Assembly (NCBI GenBank): GCA_005223145.1
Contig: NJBL01000004.1
Span: forward strand, 1-60,670
Direction of reading: 5' to 3'
From: a bacterium (candidate division B38) B3_B38
Lineage (GTDB): Bacteria > Acidobacteriota > B3-B38 > Guanabaribacteriales > B3-B38
DNA: 60,670 bases
Below are positions 18,833 to 28,376 of the stretch, one piece after another; the first letter of the stretch is position 1; each line of letters opens with the position of its first letter. A model generated the notes under the pieces. The model was not told the DNA's origin and made no database searches. It saw only the letters and a program-made list of their open reading frames with translations. Position numbers and translations under genes: made by a program.

Positions 18833-20053
18833 ATGTTAGATAGAATTCCAGGCTATGTGTGGACCTTTGTGGCTCTTGTGTCAGGCATCTTATTAGGCGG
18901 TTTTTTCCCGGAGCTTCTCAACCCGGTCGCTTCAGGGACCAAAGCTCTTATCAGGTTTATTGTTGCCATAGTGCCCATTCTGATTTTTTTTGCCTTAAGT
19001 CCTGCGATTGCAACTCTGGTAAAGCGAGGGCTGGCAGGTAAGTTTGCAGGCTCAGTGATATTGTGGTTTGTGGCTACTTCTGCCGTTGCCGGCTTATGGG
19101 GAGTGATAGCCTCATCGTTCATTTTTGGCATACCTTTTTCATCGAAATTCTCAAGTATCTCTTCTGAGATAATGAATATGTTTCAAAGGCTCGGCCAGGG
19201 AGGAGCCTCGATGCCCCTCCTTTCCATTGTCGGAGCTGTAGCAGCGGGGTTCATAGCAGTATGGATTGAACCACTCTACAAATTCTTTAGCATTATTCAA
19301 AAAGGCATTGCCAGGGCAGGGCGTACCATTGCCTATGCGATGATTCCGCTTTTGTTGTGTTTTGGGGTGACCATTGGGGTAAATTTCGGCGCCCGCTTAG
19401 GTATGGGGCACTATATTACCATGGGTTTGTATGCATTTATATTATGTTTTGTGTGGTGGCTGTTCTATGTGTTTATCATCATTAAGGCTGTGGCAAAGCA
19501 GCCAGTAGGTAAGGTGCTTAAAGAATACTTTGTTCCCACTGGTCTTATTGCGGCGGGCACTTGCTCTTCAATGGCGACTCTTCCGGTCAATTTAATCAAT
19601 GCAAAAAACTACGGTGTTCGTGACGAAATCGCTGACTTCGTTATTCCGTTTGGCGCTGTCTTCAATATGGATGGCAGCGCCCTGGCTTATATAGCATTTG
19701 CACCTTTTATAATTTCATATATTTATCATTTTGAAGTTAGTTGGACAATAATGTTTATAGCATGGCCTGCTCATGTGCTGTTTACCATTGCCGCTCCGGG
19801 ACTCCCTGCACCTGTGGGGACAGCGCTGTGGAGCTCTACATTATTTACTTCTATGATTGGTTTAGAGGACCCCGCCAGAGCAACGGTCATAGCCACCTGG
19901 TTAGCTCTATGTGGAGGTTTTCCTGATATGTTTATAACCGCCGATAATAGTACGGGAGATGGCTTTTCGGCAATAACTTTTAACCATTTTTTTGATAGAT
20001 TTTTTAAGCAAAAAAGTAAGAAAACCGCTCAAGAAATTATAGCAGCTAATTGA
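18833..20053 (+). CDS. Dicarboxylate/amino acid:cation symporter (DAACS) family
   Basis: Multi-TM; TCSSMATLP, FVIPFGAVFNMDGSAL, DMFIT..N.TGD. Confidence 0.85.
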   Translation: MLDRIPGYVWTFVALVSGILLGGFFPELLNPVASGTKALIRFIVAIVPILIFFALSPAIATLVKRGLAGKFAGSVILWFVATSAVAGLWGVIASSFIFGIPFSSKFSSISSEIMNMFQRLGQGGASMPLLSIVGAVAAGFIAVWIEPLYKFFSIIQKGIARAGRTIAYAMIPLLLCFGVTIGVNFGARLGMGHYITMGLYAFILCFVWWLFYVFIIIKAVAKQPVGKVLKEYFVPTGLIAAGTCSSMATLPVNLINAKNYGVRDEIADFVIPFGAVFNMDGSALAYIAFAPFIISYIYHFEVSWTIMFIAWPAHVLFTIAAPGLPAPVGTALWSSTLFTSMIGLEDPARATVIATWLALCGGFPDMFITADNSTGDGFSAITFNHFFDRFFKQKSKKTAQEIIAAN

Positions 20054-20101
20054 TATAATGAGAGATGCAAAAATACACTTGGTAGAAAAGGTGGATAGAA
20101 G

Positions 20102-21700
20102 ATGAAAGTTCATGTGGTAGATTATCTGATTATAGCCATCTACTTCATCTTTGTTCTGGGGGTCGGCTTCGCTCTGAGGAAAAGGGTGCGCACCAGTGAG
20201 GATTTCTTCCTTTCGGGGAGGTCTATTCCCAGTTGGATAACAGGACTGGCTTTTATGGCGGCTAATCTGGGGGCACTGGAGGTGATGGGAATGGTCGCCA
20301 ATGGCGCTAAATATGGGATGCTTACTAATCATTTCTACTGGATAGGCGCCATACCGGCTATGCTTTTTGTGGGGATATTTATGATGCCCTTTTACTACGG
20401 CAGCCGGGTGAAGAGTGTCCCCGAATACCTCAAGCTTCGGTTCAACGAAGCCACCCGCGGGGTCAACGCCATCTCCTTCGCTATTCTTACCGTGCTGATG
20501 TCGGGCATCAATATATATGCCATGGCGCTGGTATTCAAGCTGATGCTTAACTGGTCGATGGATATGAGCATTATTCTTTCCGCGGGGGTGGTGCTGGTAT
20601 ATATCTTTTTCGGGGGCTTGACCTCCTCCATCTATAATGAGGTGCTGCAGTTTTTTCTCATCGTTCTGGGGCTTCTTCCGCTGGCTATTCTGGGATTGAT
20701 GAATGCCGGAGGATTCAGTGGGCTGGCTGCTCGTCTGCCAGAGGGGTTCCTTCACACCTGGTCCACACTGGCCAAAGCCAGCCACAACCCTATGGGGATC
20801 GAATGGATGGGTATGGTGATGGGGTTGGGGTTTGTCTTATCCTTTGGCTACTGGTGCACTGATTACCTGGTCATCCAGCGTGCCCTGGCAGCCCGTGACA
20901 TGACTGCTGCCCGCAACACACCACTGATAGCGGCTGTCCCCAAAATGCTCTTCCCCTTTCTGGTTACCCTGCCGGGTCTGCTGGCCGTTGCCCTCATCCC
21001 TAAAGCTCTGGAAGGGAATTATAACCTCGCCCTGCCGCTGATGCTTCAGCGCTACTACCCGAGCGGGCTGCTGGGGGTGGGGCTGACCGCTCTGTTAGCC
21101 AGTTTTATGTCGGGTATGGCGGGCAATGTCACTGCTTTTAATACTGTGTGGACTTACGACATTTACCAGTCCTACATCCGACCCCGGGCTACCGACCAGC
21201 ATTACCTGTGGATGGGGAAGATGACGACCATCGTAGGAGTGCTCATAAGCGTAGCTACTGCTTATATTGTTATGCGTTTCAGCAACCTGATGGATTATAT
21301 GCAGCTGCTGTTTTCCTTCTTTAATGCACCCCTGTTTGCTACCTTTTTGCTGGGGATGTTCTGGAAGCGAGCGACTCCCTGGGGGGCATTCAGCGGTCTG
21401 GTCAGCGGCACCCTGGCTGCCGTGGGGCACTATCTCCTTACAGTAATCGAGGTGTTGCAGTACCCGAGCGAGATGGCGGGGAACTTCTATCGGGCTATCT
21501 ACGCCTGGTCAATCTGTTTCGGGGTGACTATTGTGGTGAGCTTTTTCACCAAACCGAGGAAGGAAAAGGAGCTGGTGGGACTGGTGTATTCGCTGACCCC
21601 AAGGATAAGGAGAGAAGGGGTGCCCTGGTATAAGCGCCCCCTCTTTTTGGCAATTGTGATTGGTGCCCTGACCATAATCCTCAATATTATCTTCTGGTAA
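20102..21700 (+). CDS. Sodium:solute symporter (SGLT-like, probable galactose/sugar uptake)
   Basis: DFFLSGRS, PEYLKLRF, GYWCTDYLVIQRALAA, ALLASFMS, WTYDIY, LGMFWKR. Confidence 0.9.
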   Translation: MKVHVVDYLIIAIYFIFVLGVGFALRKRVRTSEDFFLSGRSIPSWITGLAFMAANLGALEVMGMVANGAKYGMLTNHFYWIGAIPAMLFVGIFMMPFYYGSRVKSVPEYLKLRFNEATRGVNAISFAILTVLMSGINIYAMALVFKLMLNWSMDMSIILSAGVVLVYIFFGGLTSSIYNEVLQFFLIVLGLLPLAILGLMNAGGFSGLAARLPEGFLHTWSTLAKASHNPMGIEWMGMVMGLGFVLSFGYWCTDYLVIQRALAARDMTAARNTPLIAAVPKMLFPFLVTLPGLLAVALIPKALEGNYNLALPLMLQRYYPSGLLGVGLTALLASFMSGMAGNVTAFNTVWTYDIYQSYIRPRATDQHYLWMGKMTTIVGVLISVATAYIVMRFSNLMDYMQLLFSFFNAPLFATFLLGMFWKRATPWGAFSGLVSGTLAAVGHYLLTVIEVLQYPSEMAGNFYRAIYAWSICFGVTIVVSFFTKPRKEKELVGLVYSLTPRIRREGVPWYKRPLFLAIVIGALTIILNIIFW

Positions 21701-21712
21701 GGAGAGTCTTCT

Positions 21713-21940
21713 ATGCGCAAGGAGAAAAAAGGGGAGCAACCCGGACGGTTCCTTGATGTCCGCATTCCCATTGGGTTGATATTTACCCTTTTCGGCTCCA
21801 TTATGGTGGTATATGGTCTGTGGGGCAGCAAGGAGATATACCACAGGTCTCTGAACATCAATATCAATCTCTGGTGGGGATTGCTCTTTCTGCTATTCGG
21901 TGGGGTAATGCTCATCCTCAGTCGGAGAGGGTCATCCTGA
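21713..21940 (+). CDS. Small 2-TM membrane protein associated with the SSS transporter
   Basis: LDVRIPIGLIF...NINLWWG, two hydrophobic helices, directly after the SSS gene. Confidence 0.75.
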   Translation: MRKEKKGEQPGRFLDVRIPIGLIFTLFGSIMVVYGLWGSKEIYHRSLNININLWWGLLFLLFGGVMLILSRRGSS

Positions 21941-21995
21941 AGGGTTTATTGCTTTTATTCCCATCAAATCAAAGCCTGAATAAGGAGGATTATCT

Positions 21996-23162
21996 TTGAG
22001 CAATCTGATATCGGGGGTCAAGAAAAGTTTCGGAGAGCTCTTCAGCTGTGACCCTGCGGTGGTGGTCAGGGCTCCGGGGAGGGTGAACCTCATAGGTGAG
22101 CATACGGATTACAACGATGGGTTTGTGATACCGGTAGCTATTGATAGGTTCATCGCCATGGCAGCCAGCAAAAGCGAGGGGGAGGAGGTAGAGCTTCATT
22201 CCCTTGATTACACTTCATCCGTCCGCTTCCCTCTCTCCCATATTGAATATGACCACCAAAATCAATGGTCCAACTACTTCAAGGGGGTGGCTTACCTCCT
22301 TCGCCAGGAGGGGTATAAAGTGGGCGGGTGCCGGGTGGTATTGAAAGGGGATATTCCCCAGGGAGCCGGGCTCAGCTCCTCAGCTGCCCTTGAGGTAGCC
22401 TCGGCTCTGACCCTCAAAAGCCTGTTTGCTCTCCCTTTGGCTGATAAGGAGCTGATAAGGCTGTGTCAGAGGGCGGAGAACGAGTTCGTGGGTGTCAGGT
22501 GCGGTATAATGGACCAGTTTGTCTCCTGTTTAGCCCGCCAGGGGAGCGCCCTCTTCCTCGATTGCCGGGAGCTGAGCTATCGGAATATCCCCTTTTCAGA
22601 TGAGTTCCGGGTGATGATATGCAATACTATGGTGCGGCGGGAGTTAGCCAATTCTCAGTACAACATCCGCAGAGGGGAGTGCGAAGAGGGGGTGCGCATC
22701 CTTGCTCAAAAACTGCCCGGAATAAAAGCTCTGCGGGATGTCTCCCTGGAGGACTTCCTTCAGCACCAACACCTCCTCCCCCCGGTGGTGGCGAAAAGGT
22801 GCCGTCATGTGATAAGGGAAAACCAGCGGGTGCTGGAAGGGACGGAGATGCTGAAGAAAGGGGATATGCTTACCTTTGGCAGGCTGATGCACCTCTCCCA
22901 TTACAGCCTGAAGGAAGACTATGAGGTGAGCTGCGCGGAGCTGGACTGCATGGTGGAGTTAGCCGAGAGCACCGAAGGGGTGGTGGGTGCCCGGATGACC
23001 GGGGCGGGGTTTGGGGGATGCACGGTGAATATTGTGCAGAGAGATAAAGCTGAGGAAGCCCAGAGGAGCATCTCCTCCCGCTATAAGAAAGAAATGGAAG
23101 TCGAGCCAGAGATTTACCTATCATCTCCGGCTGAAGGGGCTCTGGAGGAGCTGTTCCATTGA
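21996..23162 (+). CDS. galK: Galactokinase
   Basis: APGRVNLIGEHTDYN, PQGAGLSSSAA, CGIMDQ, GARMTGAGFGG. Confidence 0.95.
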   Translation: MSNLISGVKKSFGELFSCDPAVVVRAPGRVNLIGEHTDYNDGFVIPVAIDRFIAMAASKSEGEEVELHSLDYTSSVRFPLSHIEYDHQNQWSNYFKGVAYLLRQEGYKVGGCRVVLKGDIPQGAGLSSSAALEVASALTLKSLFALPLADKELIRLCQRAENEFVGVRCGIMDQFVSCLARQGSALFLDCRELSYRNIPFSDEFRVMICNTMVRRELANSQYNIRRGECEEGVRILAQKLPGIKALRDVSLEDFLQHQHLLPPVVAKRCRHVIRENQRVLEGTEMLKKGDMLTFGRLMHLSHYSLKEDYEVSCAELDCMVELAESTEGVVGARMTGAGFGGCTVNIVQRDKAEEAQRSISSRYKKEMEVEPEIYLSSPAEGALEELFH

Positions 23163-23453
23163 GGAATTGGATGTCATTCTGTCCGCTTTCTTTAAAATAG
23201 CAACAATAGAAAAGGAAGAGACCTCCTATCCCACATTTAGACCATCTTCTCTTTTAGTGAAGGTAACCTCACACTTCTCCCTCGCTCTTAAAAAGCCGCC
23301 AGGGAGGACATAGCAGAGAATAGCATCCTCGACTTCCCATAATAATATTTTTCTCCCGATGGGCTTTTATATTTAACTTTTTTGTTTACAAAAAGGTCTA
23401 AATAAGATAGACTATAACACTTTAAAAAGGGGATATTCCTAAGGAGAGGGGAT

Positions 23454-25757
23454 TTGACAGACCGATTTTTGCAGTATCTCCTCAAGGTGGTTGTTTGCTC
23501 CTTATCCCTTTTCACTCTGTTTCCTTTAGTCCTCCTTGCGCAAACGGTATATCGAGGTGATAAGGGGGAGCTGAAGATTCAAGCGGTAAAGGTCTCCATC
23601 CCTCCCAAGATCGATGGAGTGCTCGAGGACCCAGCCTGGCAGCAGGCGGCTCAACTGACCGGCTTTTACGAGACCCGCCCCGGGGAGAATGTTCCTCCTC
23701 CGGTTAAAACTATCGCCTACATAGCTTACGACGACAAGAACCTCTACTTCGCCTTCAAAGCCTATGACCCCAAGCCCCAGTCTATTCGGGCGACCATGAC
23801 TGACCGGGACAATATTTGGGGGGACGATCATGTGGGGATTGAGCTGGATACCTTCAACGACCAGCGTCGGGCTTTTCAGTTTCAGCTTAACCCTTTTGGG
23901 ATTCAGGCAGATTCCATCACATCCGGACGCCGTGGAGGTCATGGTGGTTGGGGACACGGAGGGAGCACCTTTGATGCCATCTGGCATTCAGCCGGGAGGA
24001 TAACCGAGGATGGCTGGGAGGTAGAAGCCGCCATACCCTTCAAGAGCCTCCGCTTCCAGAACAAGCCGGAGCAGACCTGGGGGATAAACCTGGTGCGGCA
24101 ATATCCCCGGGAGAAAGAAAGGAGCTTCAACTACACCCGCATCGATTGGCATAACGAGTGCTACCTCTGCCAGGAAGCGAGCCTGGTGGGACTTAACGGG
24201 ATCAAGCCCTCCCGCAACATAGAGTTCATCCCCTATATGACCGCCATTCAGAACGGTGCCCTGAGCGACTCCGAGGACTACTACTCCCCTTTCGTTAACG
24301 AAAAGGTGGACGCAGATGCTGGAATAGATTTCAGATACGGTCTTACTCCCAATTTGTCCCTCAACTTCGCCTTCAATCCCGACTTCAATCAGGTGGAAGC
24401 CGATGTCGACAAGCTCGATGTCAACCTTCGCTATGCTTTGAGCTTTCCCGAGAAGAGACCCTTCTTCCTCGAGGGTGCTGACTATTTCAACACCTCTATT
24501 AATGCTGTTTACACCCGCTCCATAGTAGATCCCAGGTATGGGATAAAACTGACCGGCAAGGAGGGAAATCATACCATCGGCTTTTTCAGCGCCTATGATG
24601 AGGCGACCTCCGCCATTCTGCCCGACGCCGAGTCGAGCGAAAACATCTTTCTGGGAAAAGGAGCGTTGTATAACATCTTCCGCTACAAGAGAGACATGGG
24701 GGAGAACTCCTTTTTAGGCTTTCTGCTGACCGATAAGGAGTTTGAGGCGGCTTACAATCGGGTGCTGGGATTTGATGGGAGCTTCCGGCTGGGGAAGGTT
24801 CACCGCTTCAATTTTCAGGCTCTCCGCTCCTACACCCAGGAACTGGAGGCCACCTTTCTCTCGGAGGAGTTAGATGGGGAGAAATACGCTGATAACGCCC
24901 TTGAGATGAGATTTTCTCGCAGCACACGGCGTTGGTCTTATAATTTCAGTTACAGCGACTATGGAGAGGACTTCAAGGCCGATACTGGGTTCATGCGTCG
25001 GGTAGATACCCGGAGATTCTCCTCTCGTACCGGCTACAACTTTTACCCCCAGGATAGCATTGTAGTGAACTGGGGGCCCTCTTTCTCCTTCTCCCGCACA
25101 TACAATCACCAGGAGGAGCTGACCGACGAGGATATTGAGGCGGGGATAGACTTCGATATCAAAGGGCAAATTGGAATTAACATTAATCTTTCAAAGTCAT
25201 TTGAGCTGTACGAGGACAATCCATTCAGGCTGCGCTCCTTTTCTTTGCATATGCGGGGAGAACCCAGCAAGAGATTTTCCTTCTTCTCCCGCTTTAGTAT
25301 TGGAGATGGGATAGATTACAACAGCCTCCGCCAGGCAAAGAGAGCCTCCGCCAGTGTTAATATGACCCTGAAGCCTCTCTCCCAGCTTGTCTTTGACTTC
25401 AGCACCAGCCGGCAGGACTTCAACACTGAAGAGGGAAGCGAGATATTCACCGCTCAAACCTTCCGTCTGAAAACTGTCTATCAGTTCAGCCCCCGGTTTT
25501 TCATCCGCTACATCTTCCAATATAGATTTGTTAACCGCAACCCCCTGGAGTTCTTCTATGAGGATGAGGATGAAGATGAGGAGGAGGTAATCCCCTGGGA
25601 GGAGCGCTTTGACTCCTGCTTTCTGGTCAGCTACAAGATAAATCCTCAGACTGTCTTCTTCTTCGGTTACAATGACTCCTTCTTTAACCCTCTGGAGCAG
25701 TTTTACCATACTGGACGGACTTTTTTCGTCAAAATGAGTTACAACTTCCGCCTCTAA
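23454..25757 (+). CDS. CBM9-like plus DUF5916 domain protein (probable outer-membrane beta-barrel)
   Basis: Signal peptide; PPKIDGVLED, YDDKNLYF, DTFNDQR, IPFKSLRF, NPDFNQVEAD, PEKRPFFLEG; aromatic C-terminus SYNFRL. Confidence 0.8.
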   Translation: MTDRFLQYLLKVVVCSLSLFTLFPLVLLAQTVYRGDKGELKIQAVKVSIPPKIDGVLEDPAWQQAAQLTGFYETRPGENVPPPVKTIAYIAYDDKNLYFAFKAYDPKPQSIRATMTDRDNIWGDDHVGIELDTFNDQRRAFQFQLNPFGIQADSITSGRRGGHGGWGHGGSTFDAIWHSAGRITEDGWEVEAAIPFKSLRFQNKPEQTWGINLVRQYPREKERSFNYTRIDWHNECYLCQEASLVGLNGIKPSRNIEFIPYMTAIQNGALSDSEDYYSPFVNEKVDADAGIDFRYGLTPNLSLNFAFNPDFNQVEADVDKLDVNLRYALSFPEKRPFFLEGADYFNTSINAVYTRSIVDPRYGIKLTGKEGNHTIGFFSAYDEATSAILPDAESSENIFLGKGALYNIFRYKRDMGENSFLGFLLTDKEFEAAYNRVLGFDGSFRLGKVHRFNFQALRSYTQELEATFLSEELDGEKYADNALEMRFSRSTRRWSYNFSYSDYGEDFKADTGFMRRVDTRRFSSRTGYNFYPQDSIVVNWGPSFSFSRTYNHQEELTDEDIEAGIDFDIKGQIGININLSKSFELYEDNPFRLRSFSLHMRGEPSKRFSFFSRFSIGDGIDYNSLRQAKRASASVNMTLKPLSQLVFDFSTSRQDFNTEEGSEIFTAQTFRLKTVYQFSPRFFIRYIFQYRFVNRNPLEFFYEDEDEDEEEVIPWEERFDSCFLVSYKINPQTVFFFGYNDSFFNPLEQFYHTGRTFFVKMSYNFRL

Positions 25758-25764
25758 AGCAAGC

Positions 25765-27195
25765 CTAAGAGGATTGCAGGTTAACTATCAGCAGTCGTAG
25801 TTCGGTCATCTCCTTAATAGCGTACTTCAGCCCCTCGCGTCCCATGCCCGAATCCTTCACTCCACCATAGGGCATGTGGTCAATACGCCAGGTGGGAATA
25901 TCATTGATCAGTATCCCCCCGACCTCTATCTCATCAAAGGCATAAAAAATGGATTTGACATCCTTGGTGAACACTCCCGCCTGCAGACCGTAGACCGAGT
26001 CGTTGACCTTAGCGACCGCTTCCGTGAAGTCCTTATAAGGGGCAAGGAGCACCACCGGACCAAACACCTCCCGGCAGCTTATCCTGAGGCTGGGGTCCAC
26101 ATCGGACAACACCGTGGGCTGAATCATCCTCCCATCCCGCTCACCTCCTGTAAGGAGGGTTGCGCCATGGTTCCGCGCTTCTTCAATCCACTCCATGATA
26201 CGGTCTGCGGCTCCGTCATCAATCACCGGACCGGAGAGAGTCCCTTCATCCCGGGGGTCTCCTGTTTTAATCTCCCTAACCTTTGTCAGAAATTTCTCCT
26301 GGAAGGCGGGGTAGACCTCCTCCTGCACATAAACCCTCTGCACCGATATACATATCTGACCGGCAAAGCTAAACCCACCGGTCACACAGCGTTCGGCGGC
26401 ATAGTCGAGGTCGGCATCTTTATGGACGATGACTCCGGCGTTTCCACCAAGCTCCAGCAGGGTGCGCTTTTTTCCCGCCATTCCCTTGAGCCGCCAGCCT
26501 ACATCAGAGCTTCCGGTGAAGGTCAATAGCTTGAACCTACCGTCAACTGCCATCTTTTCCGCCAGCGCGGGGCGGCAGGGGAGCACGCTGAGCGCCGGAG
26601 GAGGGAAGCCCGCTTCCAGCACTATCTCCGCCAGAATCAGGGCGGTGAGGGGCGTGGCGGAGGAGGGCTTGAGAACTATGGAGTTGCCCGAGGCGATGCA
26701 GGGAGCCATCTTATGGGCAATGAGATTGAGGGGGAAATTGAAGGGGGATATAGCAATCACGGGACCAAGAGGGTAGCGGCGGGTTATGGAGACCCGGTTC
26801 AGTCCACGGGGATGCAGGTCCAGGGGTATGAGCTCCCCCCCTATGCGCTTAGCCTCTTCGGCTCCTATCTGAAAGGTGTTGACGGCGCGGGAGACCTCCG
26901 CCCGTGCCTGGCTGATCGGTTTGCCCGCCTCAAAGCATATGGTGCGGGCTAACTCCTCCTTCCGCTTTTCAATCCCCGAAGAGACCTTACCCAGGATTTC
27001 TGCCCTCTGAAAGAGAGGGAGCTTTCTGGTTGTCTCCCATGCCTTTACCGCGGTGGTGGTTGCTACCTCGATGTCATCAGCTGTTGCCCTGTAGACTGCC
27101 CCCACCACTTCGCCGTTATAGGGATTTAAAACTTCCATCTCCTCTGAAGAGATACGCCATTTCCCACCTACAAGGAACTTACGCTTATCAGCCAT
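25765..27195 (-). CDS. Aldehyde dehydrogenase (lactaldehyde DH/GAPN-like)
   Basis: SPFNFP, KPSS, FTGS, LELGGN, GQICIS, EVFGP, PYGGVKDSG. Confidence 0.92.
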   Translation of the reverse strand: MADKRKFLVGGKWRISSEEMEVLNPYNGEVVGAVYRATADDIEVATTTAVKAWETTRKLPLFQRAEILGKVSSGIEKRKEELARTICFEAGKPISQARAEVSRAVNTFQIGAEEAKRIGGELIPLDLHPRGLNRVSITRRYPLGPVIAISPFNFPLNLIAHKMAPCIASGNSIVLKPSSATPLTALILAEIVLEAGFPPPALSVLPCRPALAEKMAVDGRFKLLTFTGSSDVGWRLKGMAGKKRTLLELGGNAGVIVHKDADLDYAAERCVTGGFSFAGQICISVQRVYVQEEVYPAFQEKFLTKVREIKTGDPRDEGTLSGPVIDDGAADRIMEWIEEARNHGATLLTGGERDGRMIQPTVLSDVDPSLRISCREVFGPVVLLAPYKDFTEAVAKVNDSVYGLQAGVFTKDVKSIFYAFDEIEVGGILINDIPTWRIDHMPYGGVKDSGMGREGLKYAIKEMTELRLLIVNLQSS

Positions 27196-27530
27196 TTTTC
27201 ACTACCTCCTGTTAGTGATGGTGATGATCTTCACTCCAGCAGAAAGGGAGATACCTCCATTCTTAGAACATACTCCTATTATCATAGCATAATTTCCGCT
27301 ATCTACCGCAAGGGAGGATGATAATCCAAAAGGTCTTTTGATTTTCAAAAATTACTTAGACACTGGGGATTGTTTGTGGTATATTTATTCTCCAAATTAG
27401 CTTAATTTGGCAATTTGCAAATAGTAGCATATATGAGATGCGGGATTCAGCATTTTTTCAGGGAGGCAGAAGTGGCAGTTAAGACCGAAGTGTCAGGAGC
27501 ATCATGCTATATGATAATAAAGGCGGGAGA

Positions 27531-28169
27531 ATGAAACTCATATACCTTGTCCGTCATGCTGAAACCGAGTGGAACAAGGAGAGAAGATACCAGGGGGGTC
27601 AGGATATCCCCCTCAGCAATACTGGAGTTGAGCAAGCCAGACAGCTTGCCGAGCGATTGAGGAAGGTTAAGTTCGACCTGGTTTACTCCAGCTCTCTGCA
27701 GCGTGCCCGCCAGACGGCGGAGATTATCATAGAGGGTAATTCTCCTCCCATAATCTTAGAGCCGGCATTCAGGGAGATTAACCATGGACTGTGGGAAGGT
27801 TTGCGGGTGAAAGAGATAACCGAGCGCTTCCCCCGGGAATTCCGCTTCTGGAAAGAGAAGCCCCACCTGGCCAAAATGCCCCAGGGAGAGAGCCTGCATG
27901 ACTTACGGCAGCGGGTGGTTCCCCGCTTCCTCGATCTGGCCGCTCAAGAGAAGTGGAAGAGGATATTGATTGTTGGTCATGGGGGGGTGAACCGGGTTAT
28001 TCTAATGCACTGCCTGAAAATGGAGCTGAGGGATTACTGGAAGCTTATCCAGAACAGCACCTGCGTGAACCTGATTGACAAAACCTCGCAGGGATTCCAG
28101 GTGAAGATTATAAACGACTTAAGCCACCTGGAGACTCCCCCGCCCAGCGGCTACCCCCATTTTCAGTAA
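27531..28169 (+). CDS. Histidine phosphatase family (CobC/PspA/phosphoglycerate mutase-like)
   Basis: LVRHAETEWN, SSLQRARQTA, GLWEG, VGHGG. Confidence 0.88.
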   Translation: MKLIYLVRHAETEWNKERRYQGGQDIPLSNTGVEQARQLAERLRKVKFDLVYSSSLQRARQTAEIIIEGNSPPIILEPAFREINHGLWEGLRVKEITERFPREFRFWKEKPHLAKMPQGESLHDLRQRVVPRFLDLAAQEKWKRILIVGHGGVNRVILMHCLKMELRDYWKLIQNSTCVNLIDKTSQGFQVKIINDLSHLETPPPSGYPHFQ

Positions 28170-28248
28170 GAAAAAATCTCCTTTTGCTACCCGAAGTCAC
28201 TTGCTTCCTTTGAACTTGGAAGGAGAGATTTTGTAACTCCTATTTATC

Positions 28249-28278
28249 TTGACAGAAAGGGAATGCTTATGATATGAT
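28249..28278 (+). promoter_or_regulatory. Sigma70 promoter for the TCA operon
   Basis: TTGACA-18 nt-TATGAT with an extended TG. Confidence 0.55.
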
Positions 28279-28376
28279 TACAAGCTTTTAAAGAGGTTTT
28301 TATCTTTCCTCTGCAACTTAGACTTTACTTCAACATATAAAGGTCTTATTAAATCTATTAGCAAGGAGAAGGTCTT

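Noticed and set aside
27212-27229. Minus-strand His-codon run (CAT CAC CAT CAC TAA) suggesting a leader peptide before the ALDH gene
   Set aside because: No in-frame start after the upstream stop and no attenuator structure.
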